Of a DNA stretch of 64,000 nt, positions 1 to 11,572 are shown piece by piece. The position numbers and the translations under genes were made by a program. The stretch lies in NCBI RefSeq assembly GCF_011386835.1, contig NC_088792.1:37014001-37078000 (forward strand), given 5' to 3'. This DNA comes from Chrysemys picta bellii. Lineage: Eukaryota. The stretch's first letter is position 1. Each line of letters opens with the position of its first letter. The notes beneath the pieces were generated by a model. That model was given only the letters and a program-made list of their open reading frames with translations, did not search any database and was not told where the DNA came from.

Positions 1-371
1 GGAGGCACTTTGTGTTATTTATTTCATTTAATACAATTGCAATAAAAACTGGCTTTACTGTTTATGAAATTATGGAAGGATTATTTTAATAACTCTTAAG
101 GCTCTTTATAGTTGTATAACTCAAAAACATTTCCTAAAGTAACATTTCAGAGGTTAGTCAATAGACTAATTTGCACTGATTGCTTTTGGTATTTAGTACA
201 ATTTTTTTAAAATAGCCCAGACACTCAAGGTTTAAAGAAACAAAATAAAACACGATCACTTTCCAGTGTAATTTTGTTAATAAATAGTGGGCTGAATTTT
301 AAATACATGCTGCGTTGATCCTCTCTCTAGCTAATTACAGTTTCATTCTGAGCCTGTCAATCAGATATGTG

Positions 372-1003
372 GTAGAAGTCTGCTCAGGCCTAATTTTAAA
401 GCCCAAACTGGACCCAAACCAGACTGGAGAGTGTTGAGTCATTTTCAGACCCGACCCAAACCCGGTATTTCCCCCTGAGCTTGTGTCGGCACACTGCTGC
501 TGACTCATCCTTGGGGCCAGGGCCGGCTCCAGGCACCAGCTTGGCAAGCAGGTGCTTGGGGCGGCCACTCCAGAGAGGAGCGGCAGGTCCAACTATTTGG
601 CGGCAATTTGGCGGACGGTCCCTTACTCCCGCTCGGAGCGAAGGACCTTCCGCCGAATTGCCGCCGCAGATCGCGGCTTTTTTTTTTTTTTTTGGCTGCT
701 TGGGGCGGCCAAAACCCTGGAGCCGGCCCTGCTTGGGGCTCAGCTTGGTGAGTATTTCCCACTCCTCACACCCCATAGATGTGTGCTCTGCGACTCGTCA
801 GTACACTCACTCTGTAGCATACACAGGGCAATAAGGTGGCAGTGGCCAGCAGCAGTTGGGGCACATAGCCGCCACTGCACCAACCCCACAGGCAGGAGGA
901 GGTGATCGGAGACAACCTGAGCAGGTCGGGTTGTTGTCAGACCACACTCAAACCTGACACTTTAGTTGGGTTCTATTGGGTTCCCGTCAGGCTGTAAAAC
1001 TCT
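372..1003. repeat. Old degenerate MITE-like repeat hosting a younger hAT MITE
   Basis: Repeated cccaaacc/gacccgacc motifs near the left end and their complements (gtcgggtt, gttgggtt) near the right end. Boundaries approximate. Confidence 0.35.
518..731. mobile_element. hAT-type MITE, 214 bp
   Basis: Perfect 16-bp TIR CAGGGCCGGCTCCAGG and perfect 8-bp TSD CTTGGGGC (510-517, 732-739). Confidence 0.9.
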
Positions 1004-1405
1004 ACATAATGGGGGCACTCAAGAGAGATGTGAGGCACTCCTTCTCCCCCAGGGCTGAGTCATTAGTTACCTTTCACAGCCTTTAGCCTTTGAGAGCCTA
1101 GCATTGTCCAGCTAGACTCCTTCAATTCCCTAAAGAGTTCTATAAAAGTTAGCAGCACAGACAATAGCCTATCCATTAGTACAACTATACTGGTATATCT
1201 TAGCCAATTGCCAATATAATGATCTTTCTGCACTAGGGTGGGGTGTATGCCAGCAGAAGTCATCTGTGCTGACACAGACCTTTGTGCAAATCTGACCCTT
1301 AAGAAGACAGGAGAGATCACCATCAGGTGATAACTAACAGGTAGGTTATCAATTAACCATTTGTGATGCTGGAAAAAATCAGCAGAAAGAACATTCTTGT
1401 TTCAG

Positions 1406-1610
1406 GTATCAGAGGGGTAGCCATGTTAGTCTGGATCTGTAAAAAGTGACAAAGAGTCCTGTGGCACCTTATAGACCAACAGAAGTATTGGAGCATAAGC
1501 TTTCGTGGGTGAATACCCACGCATGCGTCTGATGAAGTGGGTATTCACCCACGAAAGCTTATGCTCCAATACATCTGTTAGTCTATAAGGTGCCACAGGG
1601 CTCTTTGTCG
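1406..1610. mobile_element. Fold-back Penelope-like element remnant A (205 bp) with 13-bp TSD
   Basis: TSD ATTCTTGTTTCAG at 1393-1405 and 1611-1623. Arms ~1448-1520 and ~1537-1609 are inverted copies. Homologous to elements at 29600 and 36378. Confidence 0.8.
1525..1564 (+). ncRNA. Minimal type I hammerhead ribozyme motif, antisense to KIAA1217
   Basis: GCGU-CUGAUGA-A-GUGGGU(auuc)ACCCAC-GAA-AGCU-U-AUGC. Helix I GCGU/AUGC, intact core, 6-bp helix II, palindromic AGCU helix III. Confidence 0.75.
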
Positions 1611-2168
1611 ATTCTTGTTTCAGTTTCTTCAACAGGATGGACTTGCTGATCTCAGCAATGCTCCCCAAAGAGTATATTAAAAACAAACTATTCTATTTTT
1701 ATGCAAATTCATGTTTTATAACAGATAAGACAGCCAGTGATAAATTCTTCCATTTCCTCACACTAGATGAGAAAAACCCCACTCCATAAAGAATAGAAAT
1801 TGTAATATCAGAGTGCCATTCTGAATAGGTGTGAAATATATTCCCTTATTAACACTAGCAGCATAACATTTGTTCTTGTAACATGATTTATTTGTCTAAA
1901 AAAAAAATCCCAGTTAATCATTTTATTTTTTAAAATGATTGAAATGTACGCTAATTAAAATGATCCTGGATCACCATTAGGAGGCAACACTTTTTTGGAA
2001 GTAAATTTAGTTCTTTTGGTGCATAGGCCCCTTTAAATTACTTACTGCCCTAATAGCTCTGTTAGGACCACACCCCAGTATACTGGGCTCCAGTATGTTA
2101 AATGAGGTTATGCACACAGATCAGGATTCTCTCTCATTTACATACCTTACATTCTTGCTCTGTCTTAC

Positions 2169-3001
2169 CTTGTCTCTTTCTCTTTGGGCACCGCAGCTGA
2201 TCCATAGCCAAACACCTGTTTGTCAGCTGCAGAAGGAACTACCTCGACCATGCCAGGTGAACCCATAGCATTCCGTGCTTTTGTTTCCACAAACATAGGT
2301 GCTCCTGGTTCTTTTTTAAAGGACTGGCGACTAGGAGAAGACCTGTCCGGCTGGACGACATGAGGGGGCACATGAGTGTTATGCTGAGTATGAATATCAA
2401 TCAGTCTCATGTCAGTGACTCTGTGAGGAGAGGCAGGAGGAGTTTTAGGACCAAGAGTTGGCAAATGGCTGTCAGGGTATTTTCTTGGTTTTTGTCTGTA
2501 CAACGATTGCTCCATCATTTCAGGTTGCAGAGAGGGGCTACAGTAAGTGTTTGAGGACCTCATTGCACTGCGATGATAAGCTACAATGTGATCAGGAACG
2601 TCAAGAGGGTGTCCAGTATGGGGAGCAGCAACACTCATCCTCCCCTCGTGATACAGGTAGGGGTCGGCATACAGGTTTTCATTTCGAAACAGCGCAAGGT
2701 TTTTGTTACTCAGGTCCTCATCTGGTTTCACGTCCCTTCTTTCCAAAATGGCACTAGGGCTCGGTGATATGGATCTTGATGCTGGCACACTTGAGAGCCT
2801 GTCTCTGGGAATTGTTGCATTGCCTGGCACGCCCATGGGCCTGGCCCCACCATAAGGAATTCTGGATGGAGACGGGGGCATAGAGTGGGGCACAGCTGTC
2901 ATGGGTGATGAGCTTGGAATTGCATGAGAAGGATGTGTAGCAGATCCTGGCCGGAGAGTATTTGGGCCATCTCGGCCTATGTAAGCAATTTCTCTCTGCA
3001 T
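2169..3001 (-). CDS. KIAA1217: KIAA1217/SKT coding exon, 833 bp (probable exon 6), phase 0 to 2
   Basis: Translation MQREIAY...HSMPPSPSRIPYGG...SPSPSAILERRDVKPDED...KYPDSHLPTLG...KEKETR is recognisable KIAA1217. Acceptor ttatttcag|ATG at 3002/3001; donor AG|gtaaga at 2169/2168. Confidence 0.96.
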
Positions 3002-4241
3002 CTGAAATAAAGGAAAACCATATGAGACACATCTTTACTCATTACCTTACACATCACATTAGCTGCTGCTTAGACATCAACTACAGTGAAAAGAATTTAA
3101 CTTAAATTTCTTTATTATCTATTTAAATAAAATAAACTCTTTTGAGACTGCAGCTCCTAATGAAAACAGGATCTGCAGCAGGCAGGAAAATTGGCCCACA
3201 TTAATAGAATATTAGAGAATTTTCTAAATTCATTTACTAATGCAAGAAATATATTATGAGTACTCTCACTGATTATTTGCACTACAGTAGAATGGAGAGG
3301 CTTGAACCGAGATTTGGGCCTCATTTTGCTAGCTGCTGGACCATGCACATAGTGACAACAGTCCCTGCCTTGAAAAGCTTATATATCTGTCTGAAATAGA
3401 AATACAGCTATGAATGATTGAGTTTAAATTTTGTCAGTGGCCATCAACAGTTTGCTGGTGCTTTTACTTATGTATCACAAATGAAATCTGAAGAGGTATG
3501 CAGAACGATGCCTGCAGCCCTTACTCAAGCAAAATAAACTCTTGTAACCAATGGGACATTTGCTTCACTGCAGGATTTGGCCTTCTGATAATATCTTGCC
3601 AAGATCAGTACTTTTGTGCAGCAATCTGAAAATTATACATTGAGTGTATGTAGCATTGTTGTTGAGTGTAGGTAATTTCTGCTAGAGTTTTGTAGATATA
3701 TATGAAAATTAATGTGCACAGAACAGTTTTCTGATATAAAGCACGTATCACAGACTTTCTGTATCACATGGCCAAAGATACTAGTGCGACTATTCATAGA
3801 CTTTGTTTAAAAATAAAAGCCACTTACAACCACTTCCAGCTAAAACTGACATAAAAAGAGCTGCAGTAATTGCCAACAGGAAGAAGGGAACAAACAGGAA
3901 AAAGAAGGGGGAACACGTCTTCTGAAGGATGTGTTAGTCTTTCGCTAGCTGGCTAGGGGCATAGCTGAAAACTTTGCAGACAATGGTATGCTCATCTGCT
4001 GCAGGGAATAGAGCATCTCACTCTGCTCAGCAGTGACCTCTCCAGATGACTGAGCATTACCACTGACAGGCACAGAAGGGGATCTCATTGCTGCATGCTT
4101 AATTAATGCCTCTGATGACGAGTCTTGAATGATAAGTAGGGGAGGATGAGGATCAGCTGGGCTCCATCAAAGATGCAGGGGACCTCATTTCCAAAGGAAA
4201 AAATCTTTACTTTGCTTTAGAATGTGTTGTCCACTCAATAT

Positions 4242-4542
4242 GGGTATGTCTACACTGCGTGTGGGGGTCAGCCTCCCAGCCCAGGTCCACAGACTCGTGC
4301 TAGTGCTCTAAAAATAGCTGTGTAGACATGGTTTGGGCTAGACCTTGGGCTCTGAAGCCCGGGGCGGAAGGGGAGTAGGGTTGGGAGGGGAGGGGAAGCT
4401 TGAGAGCCTGAGCCGCAATATCAAAGCAGCAACTACACAGCTGTCTTTAGTGCACTGGCATGAGCCCCGCTACCACAAGTCTGAGGAACCAGGCTGGGAG
4501 GCTCGCTCCAAGATGCTGTGTAAACATGTTGACATCATACCC
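4242..4542. mobile_element. PIF/Harbinger-like MITE (degenerate)
   Basis: Starts GGGTATGTCTACAC and ends with degenerate ...gacatcataccc. Internal gtgtagac/ctacac motifs. Confidence 0.55.
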
Positions 4543-4840
4543 CATCATTTACACGGGATTTCAGCAAAAAAACAAATTCATCACCAAACCAGAATGATTG
4601 CTACCTTAACTTGTTTAGAAACATTTGACCTATGTGCCTTGTTATGCACCATCTGTTTGAAATCCTTGTCCAACTTTTACTCCTTCATATTATGATAATG
4701 TGGCTGGATTTGCAGCAATCACAATGCATGCCAGCTAGTGAAGCAAGGGGTTACATTCTCTCCCTATCCCACCCACAAGTTTTTCCATTGTTAACGAAAT
4801 TGCCATGCCTGTATATACAATACCACTGTTCCTCTCACAG

Positions 4841-4886
4841 CTTTGAAATTACAAATGACTCCACACTTTGAAATTACAAATGACTC
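4841..4886. repeat. Tandem duplication, period 25 bp
   Basis: CTTTGAAATTACAAATGACTC at 4841-4861 and 4866-4886. Confidence 0.9.
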
Positions 4887-6177
4887 TCCCTAGGACTGGA
4901 GTTCGGGGATTTGCAATACCCGGCATCAACAAGAGGAAAGGAGAGGAGATAACCTGGCAGCAGCAGCAAAAATACAGAAATAAATAAAACAGAACAAAGA
5001 CGAGCAAAAGGATGGGCTGTGAAAACAGCAACAAACTCCAAGCCAGACTGTTTCAGGCACAAGGAGAGACATGGACATTTATCATTTGTTCCGTGAATTA
5101 GTATAATAAAAAAACTGTACAACAAAATTTAACATGCACAACCTCAACTGAATAAAAGATAAAATGAGATGACTGACATTTTACATACACAGCTGTCTGT
5201 CCTGCTTTGAGTGACAGGGCTGGTCAGGGGGATGCTGTGGTCAAGCAGACACTGCAAGGTAAGAGGCGAGCACCAATCACCTGGACTCCACCCTCCACTT
5301 GTGGGTGGCTTCGTTGCTGGCGTGGTGTTCCAGCTTGGCAGAAGGGGCAGGCAGGTCAGGCTGGCTCCCAGCTGGGGGAGGGGCGAAAATTGCAGGGGGT
5401 GTTGTTTCAACTAGTGGCTTGGGAGGGTCTGCCACAGGGGTGAGCTGCAGGAGTGCCACTGAGCCTGGGGAAGTGCCCTGCAGGGCAGGCAGGGACCAGG
5501 GCTGGCCTTGCCCCCGGGGTTATACCATGCGCCAGTCTGTGCTGGGTTGTGGGGTGAGCTGCTTCTGCCAACTGTCTCCTCTCACCCCAGGCTGCCTGGT
5601 GCAGCCCACCCACCAAGGTAGCTGCTCACTTGCCCCCAGATGCTTATGGAGCAGGGGTGGATGGGGCGCGCCCGGGCTGGTGGCAAGCGCTCCTGTGGCC
5701 GCACAACGGTGTCCAAAGTTGGGCAGTGCTGAGGAGTGGAGGCGGCGGAGCTCCCAGGGCAGGTTCCCAGCAGCTCGGGGAAACAGACCCTGTGCTGGGT
5801 GCGAGCTGTGCTGGGCTTCCATTTGTGCCTTACTGCGCTCCCATCCCTCCAGCGCTTTGCACGCTTGCCAGCCCGGTGTTCTCGCCATGGGTGCCAGAGG
5901 CTTGGGTGCTACAGCGATCCAGCGCTGAGTGTACCGGCTGCCCAGGCTGTTTGCAGTGGTCTCTGCTGTAGGTGCACACAGTCCAGTCCACACCATAACT
6001 TAAAAGCTTCTCCAGTAAACTCAAGGTGTGTGACTGCACTGTGTATCCGTACTTAACCTCAAAGAAAGGGCACCAAAATACAAATTTGCCCATGGTGCCA
6101 TTTCCCCTAAGGCCGACCCTGTTGAGAGACAGTCACACACTGTGCTGTGTGTCTTCTGAAGCCAGATGCTATGCACA

Positions 6178-6247
6178 GGCCTGATCCAAAGCTCACTGAA
6201 GTCAATGGAAAGACTCCTGCTGACTACAGTGGGCTTTGGATCAGGCC
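6178..6247. repeat. Short hairpin MITE (70 bp)
   Basis: ggcctgatccaaagctcactgaagtca ... tgactacagtgggctttggatcaggcc are inverted arms. Looser relatives occur near 15680, 25590, 41340, 45130 and 61355. Confidence 0.7.
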
Positions 6248-6690
6248 CCCCAAGTGTAAATCTGACATGTGGCAATGGGTGCTGTGACTGTGAGAACAGG
6301 ACTGAGACTAAAGTCTATAATCGTGCACAATAACTGTCTTCCAAGGTGCAGAAACATAGATGCTGGGATTCCCAGGCAGGCAGACACACGAGAAATTTGA
6401 TAATATGAGGCGGAGAGGAGAAAAGTGTCAATAGGAAACTTGAGAAGCCCAGAATTAACAAGTGAAGGTCTAATATCCCCTAGTCAATCCAACACTCATG
6501 CTGAATGGTCACTCATTTCTCCTGAGGCAGAGGACTCATTCAGCACAAAATTCCTGTTTTCTGTTTAGGTGCATTAAGACATAAATGAAGAATTCACACA
6601 GGACCTGGAGTATTGTTCAAAATAGGACTGGCCAGTACCTGGCATTTACAGTCCTTGCCCCATATCCATTTGTGCCAAGTACAGGTACAT

Positions 6691-6820
6691 TTATTATTCT
6701 TTATTCCCTATTTGTACTACAGTAGCACACAGAGTTCTCAATCAAGACTGGGGCCCGACTGGGGCCCCATTGTTTTGGGCATGGCACAAACACATAGAAA
6801 GACACTGTCTCCATCCTGAA
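6691..6820 (-). mobile_element. L2-type 3' tail / MIR-like SINE fragment
   Basis: Reverse complement resembles the tail of the 43224 element (...gcacaatggggcc...gtacaaataggaataaagaataataa). Confidence 0.5.
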
Positions 6821-8347
6821 AAGTGTATAATGTAATTGAAGACATGACTCAAAAAGTGGGTGTAACAATCAGAAGAAGGGAATGGCAGGGGTGGAAAGAG
6901 GAGGAGGGAGGGCATGAGTAACAATGACAGGAACACGGGGTTGTGTAGATGGGATACATGTACAGCTTGATGAATTGGAGTCATACAATTTTTGTGTGTT
7001 TGGATTATAACTTCTGCTTTCACCTGTCTAGTTTCTTTTTCTCTTGTTGTTCTCCCCCTGTTCCAAGTACCCAGATTTTTTGCCCATGAGCACTTTAGAC
7101 CTGCATACAACGGTCTCTTTTTTTCCTTCTCATCTCTGTTCTAACTTTTGTGAGTTTCTTCTCTCTCTCTTTTTAATTCTTTTTTGCTCTCTCTTCTTTA
7201 TCCATCCTCCCTCTACTCCCCTCCCCCCATACACTGCTAGCATACACTGGGCTTCATGTTCTGGTGTGAAAGGCAAATGCCTCAGGAACAAAGTAGAGAG
7301 GCTACTGAGCTGGCCCGAGCCAGTATAAGTGATCTCCTGCCACAGCCAGCCTGCAGTAAGGGTGAGGGTAGGAATGTTCCTAATGTAGTCATGATGTCCC
7401 ATGCTTCACAACTGCCTATATAAGAAAAAGCCCCAAATAGCAGGACTTTTCCTATAAAATTGGGACATCTGGTCACGCTAAGCCACACTATCACATATGC
7501 CAGGGGGTGTGGTTTTCCTCATGATGCAGCTTTCCCTATCCCTGGTGCTCCTCTCTCCTCCGCTGCTCTTTGTCCTGCCAGCCCTTAGTCTGGAAAATGC
7601 AGCATAAAGCAAGTACCATCACTACTTCTGTACTCAAATGCCAGGGGGGAAAAAGCATTAACTTTCAGTTTCTCTAGTAAAAAAGATCTCCCCATTTTAA
7701 ATAACAAGAGCTCCTCAGCAGCTGTGTTAAACAGCAGTAAAATCTGTAAAATACACAGAGGTTTAGCAGGAATGCCATGATCAGTGAATATTTTACCTCG
7801 GAGCAAAGAAATCAGACGCGTACTGTACAGTAAAGCCCATATATATGGCCGTGCACCTCATTTTGAAATTAGTTTTTCAATCTTTTACCGAATACTGAAT
7901 TTTGAACTCAGTTACATACAGAATGGTAGCAAATCTGACCCATGCAGCACCACAATCTGCCTGGCTCACACACATTTGCATGTTATGGAATGGAAGCCAT
8001 AAAAGAGCCTTTACTCTTCCTTGCATAGTGCATGTATGGGCTGTGCAGAATTGCAGTCTCTGTACTCTATGGCGTGCAGGGCCTGGTCCATCCCTAAGTC
8101 CCCGAACTGCGTGGCACCTCAGAGGAGAGGATGGAAGCCTCATGGGCAGCAGAGGACAAGCTGCAATTCACTAAAGAGTGCAGTAGTAGGTGTGGCATGT
8201 TTCATGATGCATTTTGCTTTCCAGTGCTCCAATTGAGGCTGTCCTGCCATGCTGCCCCTTACGCTAAGCTGTACCTAAATGGTACTATCTAGCCCACATC
8301 TTTTGTATTTTTCCCTTGCATGCAAATAAGAAGGAAATGTTAAAACA

Positions 8348-8530
8348 AAGGACTGACACTCTGAACTCTGTTCCTTGCGCTACTATCAACTCACTGTGTC
8401 CTTAGGCAAATCACATCAGCTCTCTGTGACTTGGTTTACTCAACTGTAAACTGTATTTAATGATAAGAAATATTTTTCAAGGGCTTTGAGATTTTTGAGT
8501 AAAGATGGTATGGAAAATGCTAAGTATTAT
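8348..8530 (+). mobile_element. MIR-like CORE SINE
   Basis: Core-like ccttaggcaaatcacatcagctctctgtgacttggtttactcaactgtaaa with tail ...aaatgctaagtattatt. Confidence 0.55.
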
Positions 8531-9264
8531 TACAAAAAATAATATATTTATATGTAAATATTTTTTAATTAATAGGTTCTGTAATCACTCCACTAGAAAA
8601 AAATATCTTACTACTTTGTTAATCAAGTGAAAGATTTAATTTAAAAAAGACAAATGAATTAGTTAATTTATTCCTTCATCAGAATAAAATTAGAACCAAA
8701 CTGTCCTAATTAACCTGAAATCTTCATTTTAGTAGTTGCATTATAATATAGTTTCTATAGCTGAGTTACTGACCTTCCATTCTGGCTTTGCACTGCTGAA
8801 AGAATAAGTCAACTTTACTAAATTTTGCAAATAAGCATCAATATAGTTCTGCACTGGCTGAAATAATCTAATTTGAAATAAGAAATAGTACCTCTGAAAA
8901 TTACAGAGTTAGTAAATGGTTTGAAAAACACCAGTGGCCTCTAAGCACAACCGAAGATGTCACTAGTGCCTATAAAAAGTATTAATTTACTGGCTCCAGT
9001 GACAACCCCACATTAGAGTACCTAATCGACTGGAAGTTGTAGATTGCAAAGTTGTGGTTTCTCCTCCTCTGCCCATGCTACCATTCCATGTTTCCATTCT
9101 TCTTTAATCACCAACCCTGCCATCTGCCAATGTTAATCAGTACTTTGGATGCTCCAATTTACTGTAAACGAGGTAGACTTCCAACTCCCCTGCTCTCTGT
9201 GCTCACAAACCCTATGTAGGGCAAGAGCTCACTTCTAAATGGGGGTGAAATGGATGGGTTATAG

Positions 9265-9547
9265 CAGGGGTAGGCACGCGAGCTCATTTTCAGTGGCACT
9301 CACACTGCCCGGGTCCTGGCCACCGGTCCGGGGGGCTCTGCATTTTAATTTAATTTTAAATGAAGCTTCTTAAACATTTTTAAAACCTTATTTACTTTAT
9401 ATACAACAATAGTTTAGTTATATATTATAGACTTATACAAAGAGACCTTCTAAAAATGTTAAAATGTATTACTGGCACGCGAAACCTTAAATTAGAGTGA
9501 ATAAATGAAGACTCGGCCCACCACTTCTGAAAGGTTGCCGACCTCTG
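9265..9547. mobile_element. hAT (Charlie-like) MITE, 283 bp
   Basis: Termini CAGGGGTAGGCA...TTGCCGACCTCTG with perfect 8-bp TSD GGTTATAG (9257-9264, 9548-9555). Confidence 0.88.
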
Positions 9548-11572
9548 GGTTATAGGAACCAATGGGTGCTGCTCAGCTAAAAGTGTTGAGCTGTTCACTA
9601 CTCTGGAGCATAAGCCATAATCCTCCTATTAGCAGGAGAATTTGTTTTCCTGGACAGTGGCTGCTGATCACCTCACCTTCATACTGTGGTGTACCACTGC
9701 TATAGGCAACATTCAGTTCCCATGGCCCAACACAGACCTTCTTCAGCGCTATGGATCCATATGAAAAGGGGTATGGGCACAAGTACTGTCTAGCCATGAG
9801 AAGCATAGTGCACTTTTTCAATGTACTGTATGGTTGCTGCGTGCATGCTGGCTGAGGTGGCGGATGCAGCTTAGCTGGTACACCATCTCTCCTGCCATAT
9901 GGCACAGGATCAAGCACATACTTAACATTTTTCTTGATTATACCCAGTTCTTTCATGTACACCTGCACATAAGCCTAGCCTCTACAGCTATACAAATGTT
10001 TATCTCATGGTATTTTACATGTTTGGGTCAGATGTTGCCCTTATGTATCCCTGCTTACACATAAGTTTAATTCACACAGTATCCTAAAAGTCCTATGGGG
10101 AAGCAAAGAATACCCATTTAACTTTTTATTGAATATAGAGCAAATCTGTAAAACTGCAAGCTAACCACAAAACAAACTTAAGAGCAAAAATAATGGCTGA
10201 CGGCTTAAACTCATCTATAGTCAATGTGTACATTAATCATGGCTTCTATAAACATGTGGCAAAGATTTTTAGGACAGATTTTAGACTGTCTGTTCTTTCA
10301 GGCAAAATTTTAAAAAATATGCTTAAGTACTCTATCTCTAATCCATGTATTTGTGCCTACTGTTCTGAGACTGCTATTAAAAACAAGACTATTTTTTTAA
10401 CTAGACAACATTGCAACTCAAAGACAAATAAAACTATCCTTGCCAAAGGTTTTTATTCTGAAATAATTAAAGCCACTTACTTTTACTTAGGGCAATCACC
10501 TGCATGTATACAGCAGTAAGAACAACATTTGGTTCCACTTCATAAATTACAGTTCTTTTGTTTACAGCCTTGAATCTGAATCCTCGGTCTAGAATATGAC
10601 ATTTTAGGCATCCAGCCTTCTTGGAAAAAGATTTTACACCTTAAAAAGGCTCCTCATTCCCTCTGCTTGCAACAAGTATGGGCCACCTTGTTTTACTGGA
10701 TCATCCAAATAGTGCTGCTTCAAGAGACTACAGTACTTTTCCACAGGATAAGTCTGCAATTTCTCCTCCCCTTAGAAATTAGTCACTAAATAACCTTTCT
10801 GGCATGTCACCCAGCCACAAACTGTGCATGCTACCACTATGTAATTCATTCACTGAACAATTTCTTTAATGTGTGTGTATAAAATATAAAGAAGAGACTA
10901 ATGTTAAAGAATGAAGCAATACAGAGTCTTGCAAAGGAGTGAACCATAAATAAAACAGCAGGTAACCTTTACTAAGGGAAGAAGGCTTATTCTAAAAGAA
11001 AACAATATGAAATACACATATTAATTATTCAGTAAGAACTCAGTAAACTCAGCATTGCAGAAAACTTAGGAAAAACACAGAACACATTGATTTGAGCAAC
11101 TTTTAAAGTATTCAGATTGGTAGAGACATTTAGTGGAGTGAAATGTGAAACTCTCCTTAAGATATAGCACCTGAGCAAAACAAGAGGCTGTCTACTAATT
11201 AACCAGTCACCTTAACAGCTTTACCAAGCTGAACTTTGGGCCCATCGTAAATCAATTTCATTGCTATCTCGTCAGAACATTGCACAAGCAATTAAGATCA
11301 CTTTTGAAAAAAGAGACAATTAAAAAAAAGCAACTGTCGATTATTTATTTAGGATGATTACAGGAAACGACCTTGCCTCCGAAGCCCACACCCAAAATAT
11401 TCAATAAAGTTGGAAATACATTTTTAAAAATACAATACTCACTCAGGTCGGAGAGATGGAACTGAAATGACACAGGGAAAACACACAACATAAGCACTTT
11501 ACAGCACTGCAGTTATCTGCTGGGAGTTTATTTTTAAAAAATGCTGCCTGTGTCATTATAGAGGGCATTTGT

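Noticed and set aside
335-905. Five overlapping ORFs of 85-126 aa
   Set aside because: By-products of the GC-rich MITE and its poly-T run; no splice context or protein similarity.
5207-6093. Cluster of ORFs up to 209 aa
   Set aside because: Open in many frames on both strands because GC-rich DNA has few stops; no recognisable domain.
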